Positions 43,261 through 53,994 of a stretch of 64,000 nucleotides of DNA are shown here, one piece after another. The notes beneath the pieces are model-generated. The model was given only the letters and a program-made list of their open reading frames with translations. It was not told the origin of the DNA and ran no database searches. The position numbers and the translations under genes were made by a program. This DNA comes from a bacterium. GTDB taxonomy: Bacteria; SM23-31. Each line of letters starts with the position of its first letter. The stretch's first letter is position 1. Location: positions 1,664,001 through 1,728,000 of the forward strand of contig OZ252239.1 in assembly GCA_965249485.1 (NCBI GenBank). The letters run 5' to 3'.

Positions 43261-43296
43261 CTCAAAGGTTCGCAATACGTCACACATGGTTTGCCC
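43261..43296 (+). repeat. Dispersed ~35-bp repeat family C
   Basis: CTCAAAGGTTCGCAA.ACGTCACAC; relatives at 14447(-), 26403(-), 44666, ~45570, 53404. Confidence 0.65.
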
Positions 43297-43496
43297 TTTA
43301 CGTTACCAGGCAGAACTTCTTTAATGAGTGGTTCTTTTTTATTGTTATCAAGCGGAAATACGAGGATGCCTTTTATAATGTCAAAATCCTATAATTTTGT
43401 ACAACAATTAAAATAAATAATCGTATATTCCATTCTTATAGTGTTTTCTAAATGTAAGAGAACGTAAGAATGTCAAATACAGAAGAGGTTTAGAAT

Positions 43497-43970
43497 ATGT
43501 CAGTAGTAATAATGAAAAATACGTATGATTTGTTACTTAATAAAATAGAATCAATAAAGGAGGAGCTTAAAACAAACAGCAGTGAAATACATAAGGCTGC
43601 AGATTTTGGCGATCTTAAAGAAAATGCGGAATATAAGACTGCCAGAGAGAAACAGGAGTTTCTTTTTAATAAATTGAGCAGATTTGAAAAGTACCTGGAT
43701 TGTGAGATTGTTGATGAAAAAGACATAGATTTGGATGTAATAACTTTTGGAACCTCAATCAAAATTGTTGATAAAACGTCTGGCGACATTAGAAAGTATA
43801 ATATTTTAGGTCCGGTAGAATATGAATTAGAAAGTGTGCCTGATATCGTGACATATGCTTCTCCGTTAGCAAAGCAGATAATAGGTAAGAAAAAAGGAGA
43901 AGAGGTTGAAGTACAACTGCCTAATAGAGTGGATACTATAAAGATATTAGAGATAGAACCGATTGTATAA
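43497..43970 (+). CDS. greA: GreA/GreB-family transcription elongation factor
   Basis: AADFGDLKENAEY, ITFGTSI, SPLAKQIIGKKKGE. Confidence 0.85.
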   Translation: MSVVIMKNTYDLLLNKIESIKEELKTNSSEIHKAADFGDLKENAEYKTAREKQEFLFNKLSRFEKYLDCEIVDEKDIDLDVITFGTSIKIVDKTSGDIRKYNILGPVEYELESVPDIVTYASPLAKQIIGKKKGEEVEVQLPNRVDTIKILEIEPIV

Positions 43971-44075
43971 AATATTTGATACCTAACAAAAATTAACAGG
44001 CACATGAAGCACAAAGACTTGTGTGTGCCTCTAAGTTGTTGTAGAATAACACGTTAAAATAAACATTCTCCGTAT

Positions 44076-44117
44076 CTACGAATCAGAGAGTTTCAGGTTC
44101 GACTCCTGATGGCCCCA
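44076..44117 (+). tRNA. Degenerate tRNA 3' half (Arg-ACG-like), att scar
   Basis: CTACGAA loop; TCAGG-TTCGACT-CCTGA T arm; ends in CCA. Confidence 0.6.
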
Positions 44118-44232
44118 CTCAGGTCATTCGGTTCTGCTCAGTTTTTCGACTCTTCCACACTTACATCCCTTTATAAACAAGTGTAATTCTTAAGAAAAAT
44201 TACTTGACTTTTCTCAATATACTATTACATTT

Positions 44233-44583
44233 TTGTATTTTCGCTTATATTTTCATTCCCACGGTCAATACTTATACTTATGGATAAGTGCTTTTATTTT
44301 TGCATTTGTCTGGTTCTTCACCTGTTTTCTCTTCGGGAATTATTACCGTAGACATGCATATTTCTATTTTCTTGGATTTCTCTATCATCTGATGGCTTAC
44401 ATTATTTTCAATGTCATTTGGCTCATTATGATATTTGCCGGTTTATCTTTGCAGAATGATTTAACGAGTGCTCTGCTAACTATGACTGCCTGGGGAATCG
44501 GGCTTCTATGTCACTTTCTATTCTTTTTTCAGAGTCGAAAAAATATTATAAAAGGTATGAATAAAGATGAGATATTTGAATAA
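44233..44583 (+). CDS. Membrane protein, probably 5'-truncated
   Basis: TM segments; WGIGLLCHF, IKGMNKDEIFE. Confidence 0.5.
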   Translation: MYFRLYFHSHGQYLYLWISAFIFAFVWFFTCFLFGNYYRRHAYFYFLGFLYHLMAYIIFNVIWLIMIFAGLSLQNDLTSALLTMTAWGIGLLCHFLFFFQSRKNIIKGMNKDEIFE

Positions 44584-44824
44584 AATCACTACAATTTTTT
44601 TACCAACCATTAATTCCTGCTAGAGCTTCTATCTATGAATGGGAAAATACCACATAAATCTCTACCTTAAAAGTTCGTATAACGTCACACACGCTCCGCC
44701 TTTTTATAAAATATCTTGCATTTTATAAAAGACCAATTTACTTTTGTAATATCATTATACTGTAAGAGTGGAATTCTATACCTGAGATATTACTCTCAGT
44801 ACCTGATACGATAAAGGGAACACA

Positions 44825-45466
44825 TTGAAAAGATTAAACATAACATTTATTGTGCAGTGGTTAAAGAGTGCAGCAGGAGAAAAAAGGACTGTAATCTTCA
44901 TTTCTCTTATGGTAATGGTAATGCTTGTGGGATGCACACATAATCACACAATTAGACTAAGAAGTTCGCATGACTATGAAATATTGAACCAGCGTTCCCC
45001 TCGAATATATCCAGTCGTAATCGTAACTCAAATGGATGGGCGAAAACTGCGTGCTGAAAAATTGCGGTTCGATCCTGAGTCAACCTCTTGAGTTGATCCC
45101 ACTACAAAGAAGACCGTAGCTGTTCAGACAGCAGAAGTTTCCAACGTCCGATTTGTGTCATGGAATAATGGGGCGATGGAGGGCTCAGTAATTGGTGTTG
45201 TAGCGGGTGTATCAATTGGGGCTATTATTGGTTCGGTCGTGAGTGATGATACAAGAAGTCTTATAAGTAATCCAGTAAATAATAAGGCACTCATTGGGGG
45301 TATCGGTTCCTGATTGGCAGGCTTACTCATTGGAGCAATAGTGGGGGGCACAATAGGTAGCAAAGACGTTTATCATATCGAACACGAATATTCTCCGGCT
45401 ACAATTGGATTTGATATTGTGAAAAGAGATAATGTTTATTTTACACAATTTAGCTACAAATTTTAA
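44825..45466 (+). pseudogene. Glycine-zipper lipoprotein with two in-frame TGAs (45089, 45311)
   Basis: LVGC lipobox; STS*VDP, GAMEGSVIGVVAGVSIGAIIG, GS*LAGLLIGAIVGG. Confidence 0.65.
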
Positions 45467-45482
45467 AAACTAATATAACATT

Positions 45483-45508
45483 TGGTTCATCTGATGGGGG
45501 CAAGGTTA
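45483..45508 (-). mobile_element. IS3-family-like terminal inverted repeat remnant
   Basis: TAACCTTGCCCCCATCAGATGAACCA resembles the copies at 50020, 55472, 56549. Confidence 0.45.
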
Positions 45509-45805
45509 TGGATTAATTGCTTTAGAATCAGCTCTTTTATCAATTATGTTTATAACCAATATCAATATAAAAGAACTGCAAAACGTCACACCCGCTTCAC
45601 CATATTGAACGTTTTTCGACCCATCATTTCTAATGATATTTTTATGGTAAATTGAATTATCATAACCCAATCTCACCTGACTTTCTGCACCTAAGATTAG
45701 ATTAATCTGTTTGACTTTTATAAGGTGCAGCAGTATTTTCCCGATTGGATAGAAATACTTTACTATTTAATTATAAAACCATTTTAAAACCTGAAGGTAA
45801 AAAAT

Positions 45806-46225
45806 ATGAATCCAATCATTAGAAATACACTTGCAATATTTGCAGGGATTGTAATTGGTTCTTTGGTCAATATGGGCTTGATTATTGTTGGAAGTGAGCT
45901 GATTCCTCCACCTGAAGGAGTTATTGTAGCGGATATGGAGAGCCTTAAATCTTCAATGCATTTATTTACACCTATACATTTCATATTTCCCTTTTTTGCT
46001 CATGCTTTGGGTACATTGGCAGGAGCATTTGCTGCATCGATGATTGCCGGATCTCATACAATGAGATTTGCATTGACCATCGGTTGCGTTTTTCTTGTGG
46101 GAGGCATTGTCAATGTAATTCAACTTCCTGCTCCATTGTGGTTCAGTGTATTAGATTTGGGATTATCATATATTCCAATGGGATGGTTAGGTTGGAAAAT
46201 AACCGAGAAATTTTCTAACAAATAA
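45806..46225 (+). CDS. Conserved-looking membrane protein
   Basis: IPPPEG, HFIFPFFAHALGT, PAPLWFSVLDL. Confidence 0.8.
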   Translation: MNPIIRNTLAIFAGIVIGSLVNMGLIIVGSELIPPPEGVIVADMESLKSSMHLFTPIHFIFPFFAHALGTLAGAFAASMIAGSHTMRFALTIGCVFLVGGIVNVIQLPAPLWFSVLDLGLSYIPMGWLGWKITEKFSNK

Positions 46226-46818
46226 TATAGCAATGGAGAATTCAATACATTTTGACAGAAACATAATGATGATGATATGATCAGCAAGTAAAGATAGCTT
46301 ATATTGAATTACCGTCAAGAGATATGGAGGAAATTAAAGCAATATAAAAAACAATAACGATATAATTATAGTGAGATTCTCATAAAAATCCAATCTTATC
46401 TACCATCAGGGATGATTTGTACATAATGGATAGAAAAATTGGAAAGTCGAAGAAAAATCTACTTTTTTCTTGCAACTTTTATTTTGGCAAATATTAGTTC
46501 TTTGGGATTAGGAGGTGACAAACAAATTTCAATATGAGTTAATACTAGTAGGTGTTCATCTAAGTAACATTTCTTATATTTCTTTTTAGATCCACACAGA
46601 CATATAGTCATTTCGACCTAAATTAAAGAAAAAATTTCATGTGGATGTTTCCGTACAGTAGTTGAGTAAATTCATTCATGGAAGGCAGACTTTATAGATG
46701 ACTACAACTGTTACTATATAAACCGAGGATGCTATGGAAACAAAAGGACTATTTACAATTTCAATTACGGCTCATCTTAAAAAGTGTAAAGAATTTTAGA
46801 AAAATATCATCAATAACT

Positions 46819-47559
46819 ATGGAAAACGACAATAGTATTACAAAATGGTTTGGTGTAAATCTTGCACAATTACTATCTGAAAAAATAAAATCTGTGTATA
46901 AAGAGTTTGATAGTAAGCGTTATATTGATTCGATTGAAGAACAATGCAAAAATAAAAGTTATACACAGAGAATAGACCTGCATGCTACTGAATTAAGAAA
47001 TTTCTTACCTCACGAGTATTCTGACGGAGTGGCAATATTAATTGATATTTTAGGAGAAGAAAATCCTAATGAAACAGGAATGTTTACTAATTTTTATTGG
47101 GTTATGCCCATAGGAAAATTTATTGAAAAGTATGGATTAGCGGATTTTGATATTTCTATACAGGCAATTGAAGAAGTTACAAAAAGAAACACCGGAGAAT
47201 ATGCCATTAGACCTTTCATTAGGAAGTATCCGGAAAAAACTATAAAAGTGATAAAGAAATGGGCACAATCTCAAAATTTTCATGTGCGCAGACTTGCATC
47301 TGAAGGTACCAGGCCTAAATTACCCTGGTCAACTAAATTGGATACTTTTATTGAGAATCCAAGACCTGTGTTTGAGATTCTTGAATGCTTAATGGAAGAT
47401 GAAATTAAATTTGTAAAAAAATCGGTTGCAAATAATATTACTGATTATCTAAAAGTAAACAGAGATGCTACGGTGCAATTCGTTAAAAATTGGAGTGAGT
47501 CAGAAAATAAACATACGCAATGGATAATTAAACATGCAACGCGAAAGATTAAAATATGA
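46819..47559 (+). CDS. DNA alkylation repair (AlkC/AlkD-like HEAT-repeat) protein
   Basis: TGEYAIRPFI, HVRRLASEGTRPKLPW, VKKSVANN. Confidence 0.85.
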   Translation: MENDNSITKWFGVNLAQLLSEKIKSVYKEFDSKRYIDSIEEQCKNKSYTQRIDLHATELRNFLPHEYSDGVAILIDILGEENPNETGMFTNFYWVMPIGKFIEKYGLADFDISIQAIEEVTKRNTGEYAIRPFIRKYPEKTIKVIKKWAQSQNFHVRRLASEGTRPKLPWSTKLDTFIENPRPVFEILECLMEDEIKFVKKSVANNITDYLKVNRDATVQFVKNWSESENKHTQWIIKHATRKIKI

Positions 47560-47804
47560 GGACTTGTGGATTGCAACTTCTCATATCTGCAAAAACGATT
47601 TTTCACTTATGTTTAGAAGGGTAGAGGAGACGATTGACCGGGTAAAACCGATTTGCCAGAGTGGATGCGTTCCGGTGCTGGTTGATGCTGGATGTCAGAT
47701 CGAAATTATTTCTGTAAAAAATTGGAATACAGAGCGGTTTGGTTGCGGGAAGATAGTGAGTAGACAAATGTTGATTTGTGCTTTCGAAACTATAGGGAAA
47801 TCAA

Positions 47805-48020
47805 TTATGATCGCGCGAGTACATTTATCAGTTTATCGCAACCACCGTTTTTTATAAATTCCGTATGATCGTTTATTGTTTTAAAACACTGGCCTGATAT
47901 TTTTTGACAGAGAATTTCACCATCAGTCGCACCATAGAACGCTTTCAGTGTGTCTTTCGCGCTTGGATTAACAAAAGCAGATTTCCCGGTGTGTTTTCTG
48001 CACCAGGCAAGAGTGTTCAT
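47805..48020 (-). pseudogene. C-terminal fragment, possibly C_GCAxxG_C_C family
   Basis: GEILCQKISG, NGGCDKLI; abrupt junction with GC-rich DNA upstream. Confidence 0.4.
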
Positions 48021-48034
48021 CCATATCGCAGCGC

Positions 48035-48274
48035 TCAGCGCGCCATGACCATGATCGACACCATAACGGCCGCCATGATGAAAAGCTTCAAAGGGCTCCA
48101 GTCCCCGCGAGAAGTTCCGAGCATGGATCGAAGCATGCCGAACCTAGTGCCTTCTGGCACCAAATACATGCCGACGCACTTTGGGCACTTTCCGGGGTTC
48201 GGCTGACGAACTTCCGGATGCATGGGGCAAAGATAGACTTTTCCCGCGTTTTGACTTTGATTCTTTGTTTCCAT
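48035..48274 (-). CDS. Small heavy-metal-binding domain protein or fragment
   Basis: YLCPMHPEV...PGKCPKC; GGAG RBS. Confidence 0.65.
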   Translation of the reverse strand: METKNQSQNAGKVYLCPMHPEVRQPNPGKCPKCVGMYLVPEGTRFGMLRSMLGTSRGDWSPLKLFIMAAVMVSIMVMAR

Positions 48275-48489
48275 CTTGGTCTCTCCTTTCTCAACAATCG
48301 ATTATCACCGGTTTATGTCTACGGGTGGCGAAACACCGGCTCTCCATGGTATCAAGCCGCCCAACGTTGTTTTCAACTGCGGGCCGGACTGGTGCGGCCC
48401 TGGCCGTCTCCAAGGCTACCCACTTCTCTAACACCTGTGCGACCGGAGTCCGTACCGCTTTGGGTGCGCGCGATGTCGACAACAATTAA

Positions 48490-48918
48490 CTACCCCGAAG
48501 CGACAAGCACGCCGAGGTTCATGACCACGCGTTCGGAGATGAGTTTGTCGGTCTTGTCGAAGTGATAAAAGGCGACGAACGGCAGTTCGAAGTTGCGGCC
48601 CGTAGCTTCAATGCCTTGGAATTCACCGACATGTTTGCCGCACAGGCGTCCTTCGACGATGATTTCGTCCTCTGTGAAATGTTCGACGTCGATATTGTTG
48701 TGAATGTCTTTAAAAGCGCCATCCGTGCCGGAAAAACCAATAAGGCCGTGCGCATCACGAATGCTTTGCGGGTCCATGAACGGGATGTGGTTGTAAAGCA
48801 TCTCACTGTCGGGGGCGAAGGTTGCCATAATACCATTCATGTCGTGGTCATTTTCAACGTCATAGTGGGTTTTAAGCAGGGCTCTGCGACGGTTCTTTTC
48901 GCTATCGGTAATGGGCAT
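48490..48918 (-). CDS. SnoaL-like ester cyclase (NTF2 fold)
   Basis: AGGAGG RBS; GKHVGEFQGIEATGR, LISERV. Confidence 0.85.
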   Translation of the reverse strand: MPITDSEKNRRRALLKTHYDVENDHDMNGIMATFAPDSEMLYNHIPFMDPQSIRDAHGLIGFSGTDGAFKDIHNNIDVEHFTEDEIIVEGRLCGKHVGEFQGIEATGRNFELPFVAFYHFDKTDKLISERVVMNLGVLVASG

Positions 48919-49246
48919 GGGTCATCCTCCTTGTTGTGAGTCCCAGCCGTTTTGAGGGCCCGGACTCTGTTGAAATTGTGGGCCATGTAAGCTCATAGAA
49001 AGCCTAACAAGTAATTCTATAGTTTTCCTGATAACTCCCCAAAAATTAAAATTCTTTCATTGAACCACCAGAGAAATCGACGTGTTTATTATAGTAACTA
49101 TAGTTGTTACAAATTTTATTAAAAAATTTTATTAGTGCGGTAATCTGAGAACCTTTAATTTTGAAGTTTGCATCGACCACTCGAAATAACTTCCTCTAAA
49201 TATTATAAACTGCCACAATTACTATTACAAATAGGTCCAAAAATTT

Positions 49247-49768
49247 TTAATCACTGAGAGATTTTTCAATAAGCTTGCCATAACGAAATTCGTATTTCGC
49301 CTGAAATTCTTTAATAGATAAGTTTAAATGGAGAAACTTGCTTATTCCCGAATCAATCATTACATCATTCCTCACTTCAATTAGCTTTATACCTTCCAAA
49401 ACTTTCTTCATTTTCAACTCCGCTTCACTGAATACGTCCCGCAGACTCTTCTGGATATTAGCGCCTATCGGACAATGCTGATTCGGATCGCTGTAATGGA
49501 GATAAAACAGACCTTCTTTTTCAACCGATTCATAGATATCCCGGAGCGTGATATTCTTAGGATTACGCGCCAAGACCGAACCGCCAATGGGCCCGGACCG
49601 GGATTCCACCAATCCTGCTTTCTTTAATAAGCCAAGGACGCGTCGAATAACAACCGGGTTCGTATTGACGCTTTCAGCAAGGAGATCGGACTTCAACGGT
49701 TCTTTTTTGCTTAAAGATACCATAACCATTATGTGGATAGCGACGACAAACCGGCTGCTTGCATTCAT
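49247..49768 (-). CDS. Rrf2-family regulator
   Basis: SSRFVVAIHI, SVNTNPVVIRR, ITLRDIY, CPIGANI. Confidence 0.92.
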   Translation of the reverse strand: MNASSRFVVAIHIMVMVSLSKKEPLKSDLLAESVNTNPVVIRRVLGLLKKAGLVESRSGPIGGSVLARNPKNITLRDIYESVEKEGLFYLHYSDPNQHCPIGANIQKSLRDVFSEAELKMKKVLEGIKLIEVRNDVMIDSGISKFLHLNLSIKEFQAKYEFRYGKLIEKSLSD

Positions 49769-49769
49769 T

Positions 49770-49905
49770 CAATGTATACCTTCGGTTAATTCGATCAACG
49801 CTCCCATCACCAGGTCGGAAATGCCCACGATCATCCACGCCCGGTTTGTTTTCTCAGAAATAGCCCGCATACACTTCGTTCATCACTTTAGAATCATCGA
49901 GGTTT
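49770..49905 (-). pseudogene. RidA-family remnant
   Basis: NLDDSKVMNEVYAGYF*ENKP...VGISDLVMGALIEL. Confidence 0.55.
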
Positions 49906-50045
49906 TACAGGTTATATTCACTCCTGGATTTCATTGTTTGTTGTTTGATTCTTTCTCTATTTGAATGGATTGACCTTGCTCCATTCGCTCAAAGTAATCA
50001 CTTATACTAATATAATATCTGGCTCAACTTTAGGGGGCAAGATCC
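49906..50045 (-). mobile_element. IS3-family-like left-end remnant
   Basis: GATCTTGCCCCCTAAAGTTGAGCCA...TTATATTAGTATA homologous to 56549-56608; orfA-like start MKSRSEY. Confidence 0.5.
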
Positions 50046-50047
50046 TT

Positions 50048-50290
50048 GAAGAGTTGAAAAAACTGGGCAAAACAAAAACTCGAAATGTAAAATATTTGCA
50101 GCTTTTCGGGTAGAACGCGAACATATCACGATATTCTTAGAAACGTCAATAAAAACAAAATCTTACATATCACTTAAATCCGCATTTGTGCCTAAATTGT
50201 GCCTAATTATTTCAAAAAATTCAGAATATAAGAGATTAATAGAGGTTATGAGAGGATATAACCTGAAAAAGGAGGACAATAAAAAACACT
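50048..50290 (+). repeat. ~230-bp direct repeat, copy 1, with integrase-arm-like tandem TTGTGCCTAA
   Basis: Collinear with 62235-62470; TTGTGCCTAA at 50186 and 50197. Confidence 0.75.
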
Positions 50291-50470
50291 TGCATAGACT
50301 AAATGTACCTCTTAACTTTTAATCCAATCATTTCAACATGTTCTGACGACGTAAAGCAAGGAGGGAAAAGTTGGTAAAGAAAAATATAAACAATTGTTGT
50401 ATCCTTCGAATTTGGCGGTATAATAACAATGAATATACACAGCCGTAGGTAGTGATTAGAAAAAAAGATA

Positions 50471-51250
50471 ATGAAGCAACTTTCAATGCATAATAGTATA
50501 GAACCATTTGGAAAGGATATTTGTATCCTGGAAATGGATGAAACTGATACAGAAAAGAAACTGCCTTTTTATGCCGACGGTTTTGCAGGAATTATCTATA
50601 CAAAGTCAGCCAATCCATTTTACCAACAGCCCAAAGGTAAAAAACTGTCTGATTTTTATTTGTATGGACAAACCGTTGAACCTATAACTCTGGATGTAAA
50701 TGGAGCATTCAAATTAATTCGTATTCGATTATATCCATTTGCTGTCCGAATTTTGCTTGGTGTCGATCCTAAGGTGTTAAAGGATGATTGTTATGATCTT
50801 AGGCTTGTTGAAAATGTAGATACCGAGCTTACATTAGAGAAGTTAGAGCAAATGCAAAATTGGATTGATATTGTAGAAATCATCGCAGATTATTTCAATG
50901 AATTACTGAAAAACGCATCGATTAATCCTGATTACAGAATTAAACTAGCAATAAATCTCATTCTCAAGGCAAAGGGAGCAATCAGCATCACAGAAGTCAG
51001 AGAAAAACTATACGTTACTGAAAGAACACTGGAAAGGCATTTTCTAAAAGAAATTGGAGTAACTGCCAAGCAATTTGCAAAAATCATTCAGTTTCGTTCT
51101 TCCATGAAACAAATGACTGAAACAAATTATGTTAATCTAACAGAGATTGGCTATGACAATAGTTTTGCCGATCAATCACACTTCATAAGATCCTTTAAAA
51201 GGTACACCGGAAAAACCCCCAAAGAATATCTGCAACAAATCTCTCTTTAA
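50471..51250 (+). CDS. AraC-family regulator
   Basis: ERTLERHFLKEIG, FADQSHFIRSFKRYTGKTP. Confidence 0.92.
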   Translation: MKQLSMHNSIEPFGKDICILEMDETDTEKKLPFYADGFAGIIYTKSANPFYQQPKGKKLSDFYLYGQTVEPITLDVNGAFKLIRIRLYPFAVRILLGVDPKVLKDDCYDLRLVENVDTELTLEKLEQMQNWIDIVEIIADYFNELLKNASINPDYRIKLAINLILKAKGAISITEVREKLYVTERTLERHFLKEIGVTAKQFAKIIQFRSSMKQMTETNYVNLTEIGYDNSFADQSHFIRSFKRYTGKTPKEYLQQISL

Positions 51251-51342
51251 ATACCTCCTTTTTTTCATTTTGGCGGTTTTGTTCAATTTTATTGATTGAA
51301 TATTCTATAGATTTGCCTTGTCATGAAATAAATGGAGGCAAA

Positions 51343-51840
51343 ATGAAAATAGACACGATTATCCTAATGCTAACAACATTCTCCTTGGGACTAATGGCCG
51401 GACTACTTTACTCCTGGTCTATTTCTGTTACTCCCGGATTGGCAAAGGTAAGCGATGAAAATTATTTACGAGCTTTTCAGTCAATGAATAGGGCTATTTT
51501 AAATCCAGCTTTCTTTATCTGTTTCATAGGCTTAGTAATTCTACTACCTCTGCTTTCTTGGTTGTATTACAAATCACCAGTATCCGCAGAATTTTGGTTC
51601 ATTTTATCTGCTACTATTCTCTATATGGCAGGGGTTATGGCCGTCACTTTCTTTGGTAATGTACCAATAAATAATACTTTGGAGGTTTTGGAGATTGAAT
51701 CTTTGAGTCTTGAACAAATAGCATCTTTTCGACTTGGATTTGAAAGTAAATGGAACAACCTCAATATGATCAGAACGATATGTTCTTCGCTCTCTTTTGT
51801 ATTGTTAATCATAGCATGCTTGCAGAAGGCAGGTAAGTAA
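51343..51840 (+). CDS. DUF1772 / anthrone oxygenase family membrane protein
   Basis: GGAGG RBS; GLMAGL, FQSMNRAILNP, GNVPINN, WNNLNMIRT. Confidence 0.85.
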   Translation: MKIDTIILMLTTFSLGLMAGLLYSWSISVTPGLAKVSDENYLRAFQSMNRAILNPAFFICFIGLVILLPLLSWLYYKSPVSAEFWFILSATILYMAGVMAVTFFGNVPINNTLEVLEIESLSLEQIASFRLGFESKWNNLNMIRTICSSLSFVLLIIACLQKAGK

Positions 51841-51877
51841 TTAATTATTAATGAATAAACTTTAAGGAGAATTAATC

Positions 51878-52708
51878 ATGAATGAGAAAAAGATTTTAGT
51901 ACTCGGAGGAAAAGGTAAAACGGGTCGTACGGTGGCAGAACGATTAACCAAGCTTGGTAAAACCATCCGCATTGGTTCAAGAAGTGAAAAACCGTCATTT
52001 GATTGGGACAACCGGGAGACCTGGACCGGTGCCTTGAATGGAACGGACACAGTTTACATAACGTTTCAGCCCGACTTGGCTGTCCCTGGTGCTCGGAAAT
52101 CTATCGAAGAATTTACATCTCTTGCAGTAAAAAGTGGAATACAAAAAATGGTCTTACTGTCAGGGAAAGGTGAAAAAGAAGCCGAGCTTTGTGAACAGGT
52201 AGTGATGAACGCAGGAAAGGCTTGGACAATTGATCGGGCTAGCTGGTTCAATCAGAATTTCAGTGAAAGCTTCTTTCTAGATCCAATCATAGCTGGCCAT
52301 GTTGCACTACCAAAAGGAGAAGCACTTGTGCCATATGTTGACACTGATGACATTGCTGATGTCGTTGTAGAAGCACTCTTGCATGACGACCATATCGGTA
52401 AAATATATGAATTGACAGGTCCACGGCAACTTACATTTAAACAGGTTACTGAAGAGATTTCAAATGTTACTGGGAGGGATATCGTGTTTAATTCAATTAC
52501 GATGGAAGCATACGTGAAAATGCTTAAAGAATATCAAGTTCCGGAAGATTACATATGGTTGATCAATTATCTTTTCACGGAGGTTTTAGTTGACAGAAAT
52601 TCCATTGTCACTAATGACATACAAAAGGTACTTGGAAGGAAATCAAAAGATTTTGCTGAATATGCCAGAGAAACAGCTTTAACTGGAATCTGGAATTCAG
52701 TGAATTAG
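51878..52708 (+). CDS. NmrA-like NAD(P)H-binding protein
   Basis: GGKGKTGR, WFNQNFSE, DIADV, YELTGP. Confidence 0.9.
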   Translation: MNEKKILVLGGKGKTGRTVAERLTKLGKTIRIGSRSEKPSFDWDNRETWTGALNGTDTVYITFQPDLAVPGARKSIEEFTSLAVKSGIQKMVLLSGKGEKEAELCEQVVMNAGKAWTIDRASWFNQNFSESFFLDPIIAGHVALPKGEALVPYVDTDDIADVVVEALLHDDHIGKIYELTGPRQLTFKQVTEEISNVTGRDIVFNSITMEAYVKMLKEYQVPEDYIWLINYLFTEVLVDRNSIVTNDIQKVLGRKSKDFAEYARETALTGIWNSVN

Positions 52709-52719
52709 TCCAGAATAAC

Positions 52720-53088
52720 TTAAACCCGCATACACATAGAAAACGATTCAAACTTTATTTGACTGTAAGAACGATTTGTAACGAATGGATTGAAGGGTAG
52801 AAAAGTAGCTAAAACTGGGGGATTTTCTTTCTGAAACCGTCTCAGTGCTTGAATGTCATCCCAAACAGATAGTGTCCAACCTTCAGGTGGTAAGGGAGTG
52901 ACACGTAATGAATAGGCAATGCACTTTTCCGACAGACTCAACTGCTGGTTTATCGCCTTGTCATACTGGAGAATTGATCGGATAGCAAGCGGGTTCCACC
53001 AGGTAATCCTTAGCCCTCTGGTGGCTGCTACAACATACTCATAGTCTGGATCGGGTACGGAAAGAAAGATCCACGAGACTTGGCCCAT
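52720..53088 (-). pseudogene. DUF3291-like monooxygenase-fold protein, probably truncated
   Basis: YSLR...WTLSVWDDIQALRRF; unrelated-looking C-terminus. Confidence 0.45.
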
Positions 53089-53496
53089 ACCTTTTTCATT
53101 CTAATCGTTAGATCGGACAACCTGCCTGACTACTAATTAATCACTAAATATTACGATTATCATTCATGTTAATTTGAGCAAAAACTCAAAATGATAATAA
53201 TACAATTTCAAGTTTTGAGTATAATTTATGAGTGACAACTCTATGCAAATGCTGATTATCACATGAATTAGTGCAATAAAATCAGAACAATAGAATAGTA
53301 AATTAGCAGTTGGAAAAGGAAATATTATTACATGTAAATGTTAAGATATTTATTAACCTGAGGGCCCACATTGTTTCCTTATAAAACTGCATATTATATC
53401 TACCTCAAAGGTTCGCAAAACGTCACACACGGTCCGTCATATGTGAAAATATTCAAACTATTATCCATAAATAAATGCATGCTTAAAAGTTCTACC

Positions 53497-53541
53497 TTTT
53501 AACCAGTAGGGTCTGCCGTCCACTGCAACAACTGGTTATGC
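53497..53541 (-). other. Short attC-like site
   Basis: GCATAAC-CAGTTG-TTGCAG-TGGACGGC...ACTG-GTTAAAA; TAACCAGT/ACTGGTTA stem. Confidence 0.4.
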
Positions 53542-53559
53542 CATAGATTGGCACCTTTC

Positions 53560-53911
53560 CCATTTTGTAACTCTAAACACAATATATACAGAAACCAGAG
53601 TATCAAAAGATATGCATGCTTTCAGCGTACCACTCGGGTGTAATCGTACTCCCTGGCCCCTTAAAGTGTAGAAAAATATCCTATACAAGATGAGCGACCC
53701 ATCCTACAGCTAACCAGTAAAACGGATAACGTATCGATAACAAATAAAATAAGCTATATAATGGAATGCCGAAGAGCTCAATGATAAACCAGGTTGTGTT
53801 ACCCCATACGATGGAAAAAGCCATATAAATGGCTGCAGCAATGATCAACGCAATTGCTAATGTGCGCTTTTCCGAATTACCCCCGCGACTGCGAGCATAA
53901 GCTAGCAACAT
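53560..53911 (-). pseudogene. DUF6010-like membrane protein with TAG at a probable Trp
   Basis: AAAIYMAF, LAVGWVAHLV*DIFLH...PEWY. Confidence 0.6.
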
Positions 53912-53994
53912 TTTCGTAATGGCGCAAAACGTCTAAGGCTGGTAAACGGGTGGCCTTTCCCGAAAATCAGTTTGAGGGCGCAGCAGGGTGCACC

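Noticed and set aside
43981..44060. attC site after greA
   Set aside because: RYYYAAC and a stem are present, but the closing GTTRRRY and spacing are poor; mentioned only as weak
8031..53911. General stop-codon reassignment suggested by many in-frame stops (TGA 16512, 45089, 45311; TAG 8163, 8343, 30883, 31814, 53681)
   Set aside because: All three stop types occur, the implied residues differ, and TGA and TAG end intact genes normally (SRAP, imuB, ArsR, GntR). Decay explains it better; only 22461 has a redox motif and hairpin.
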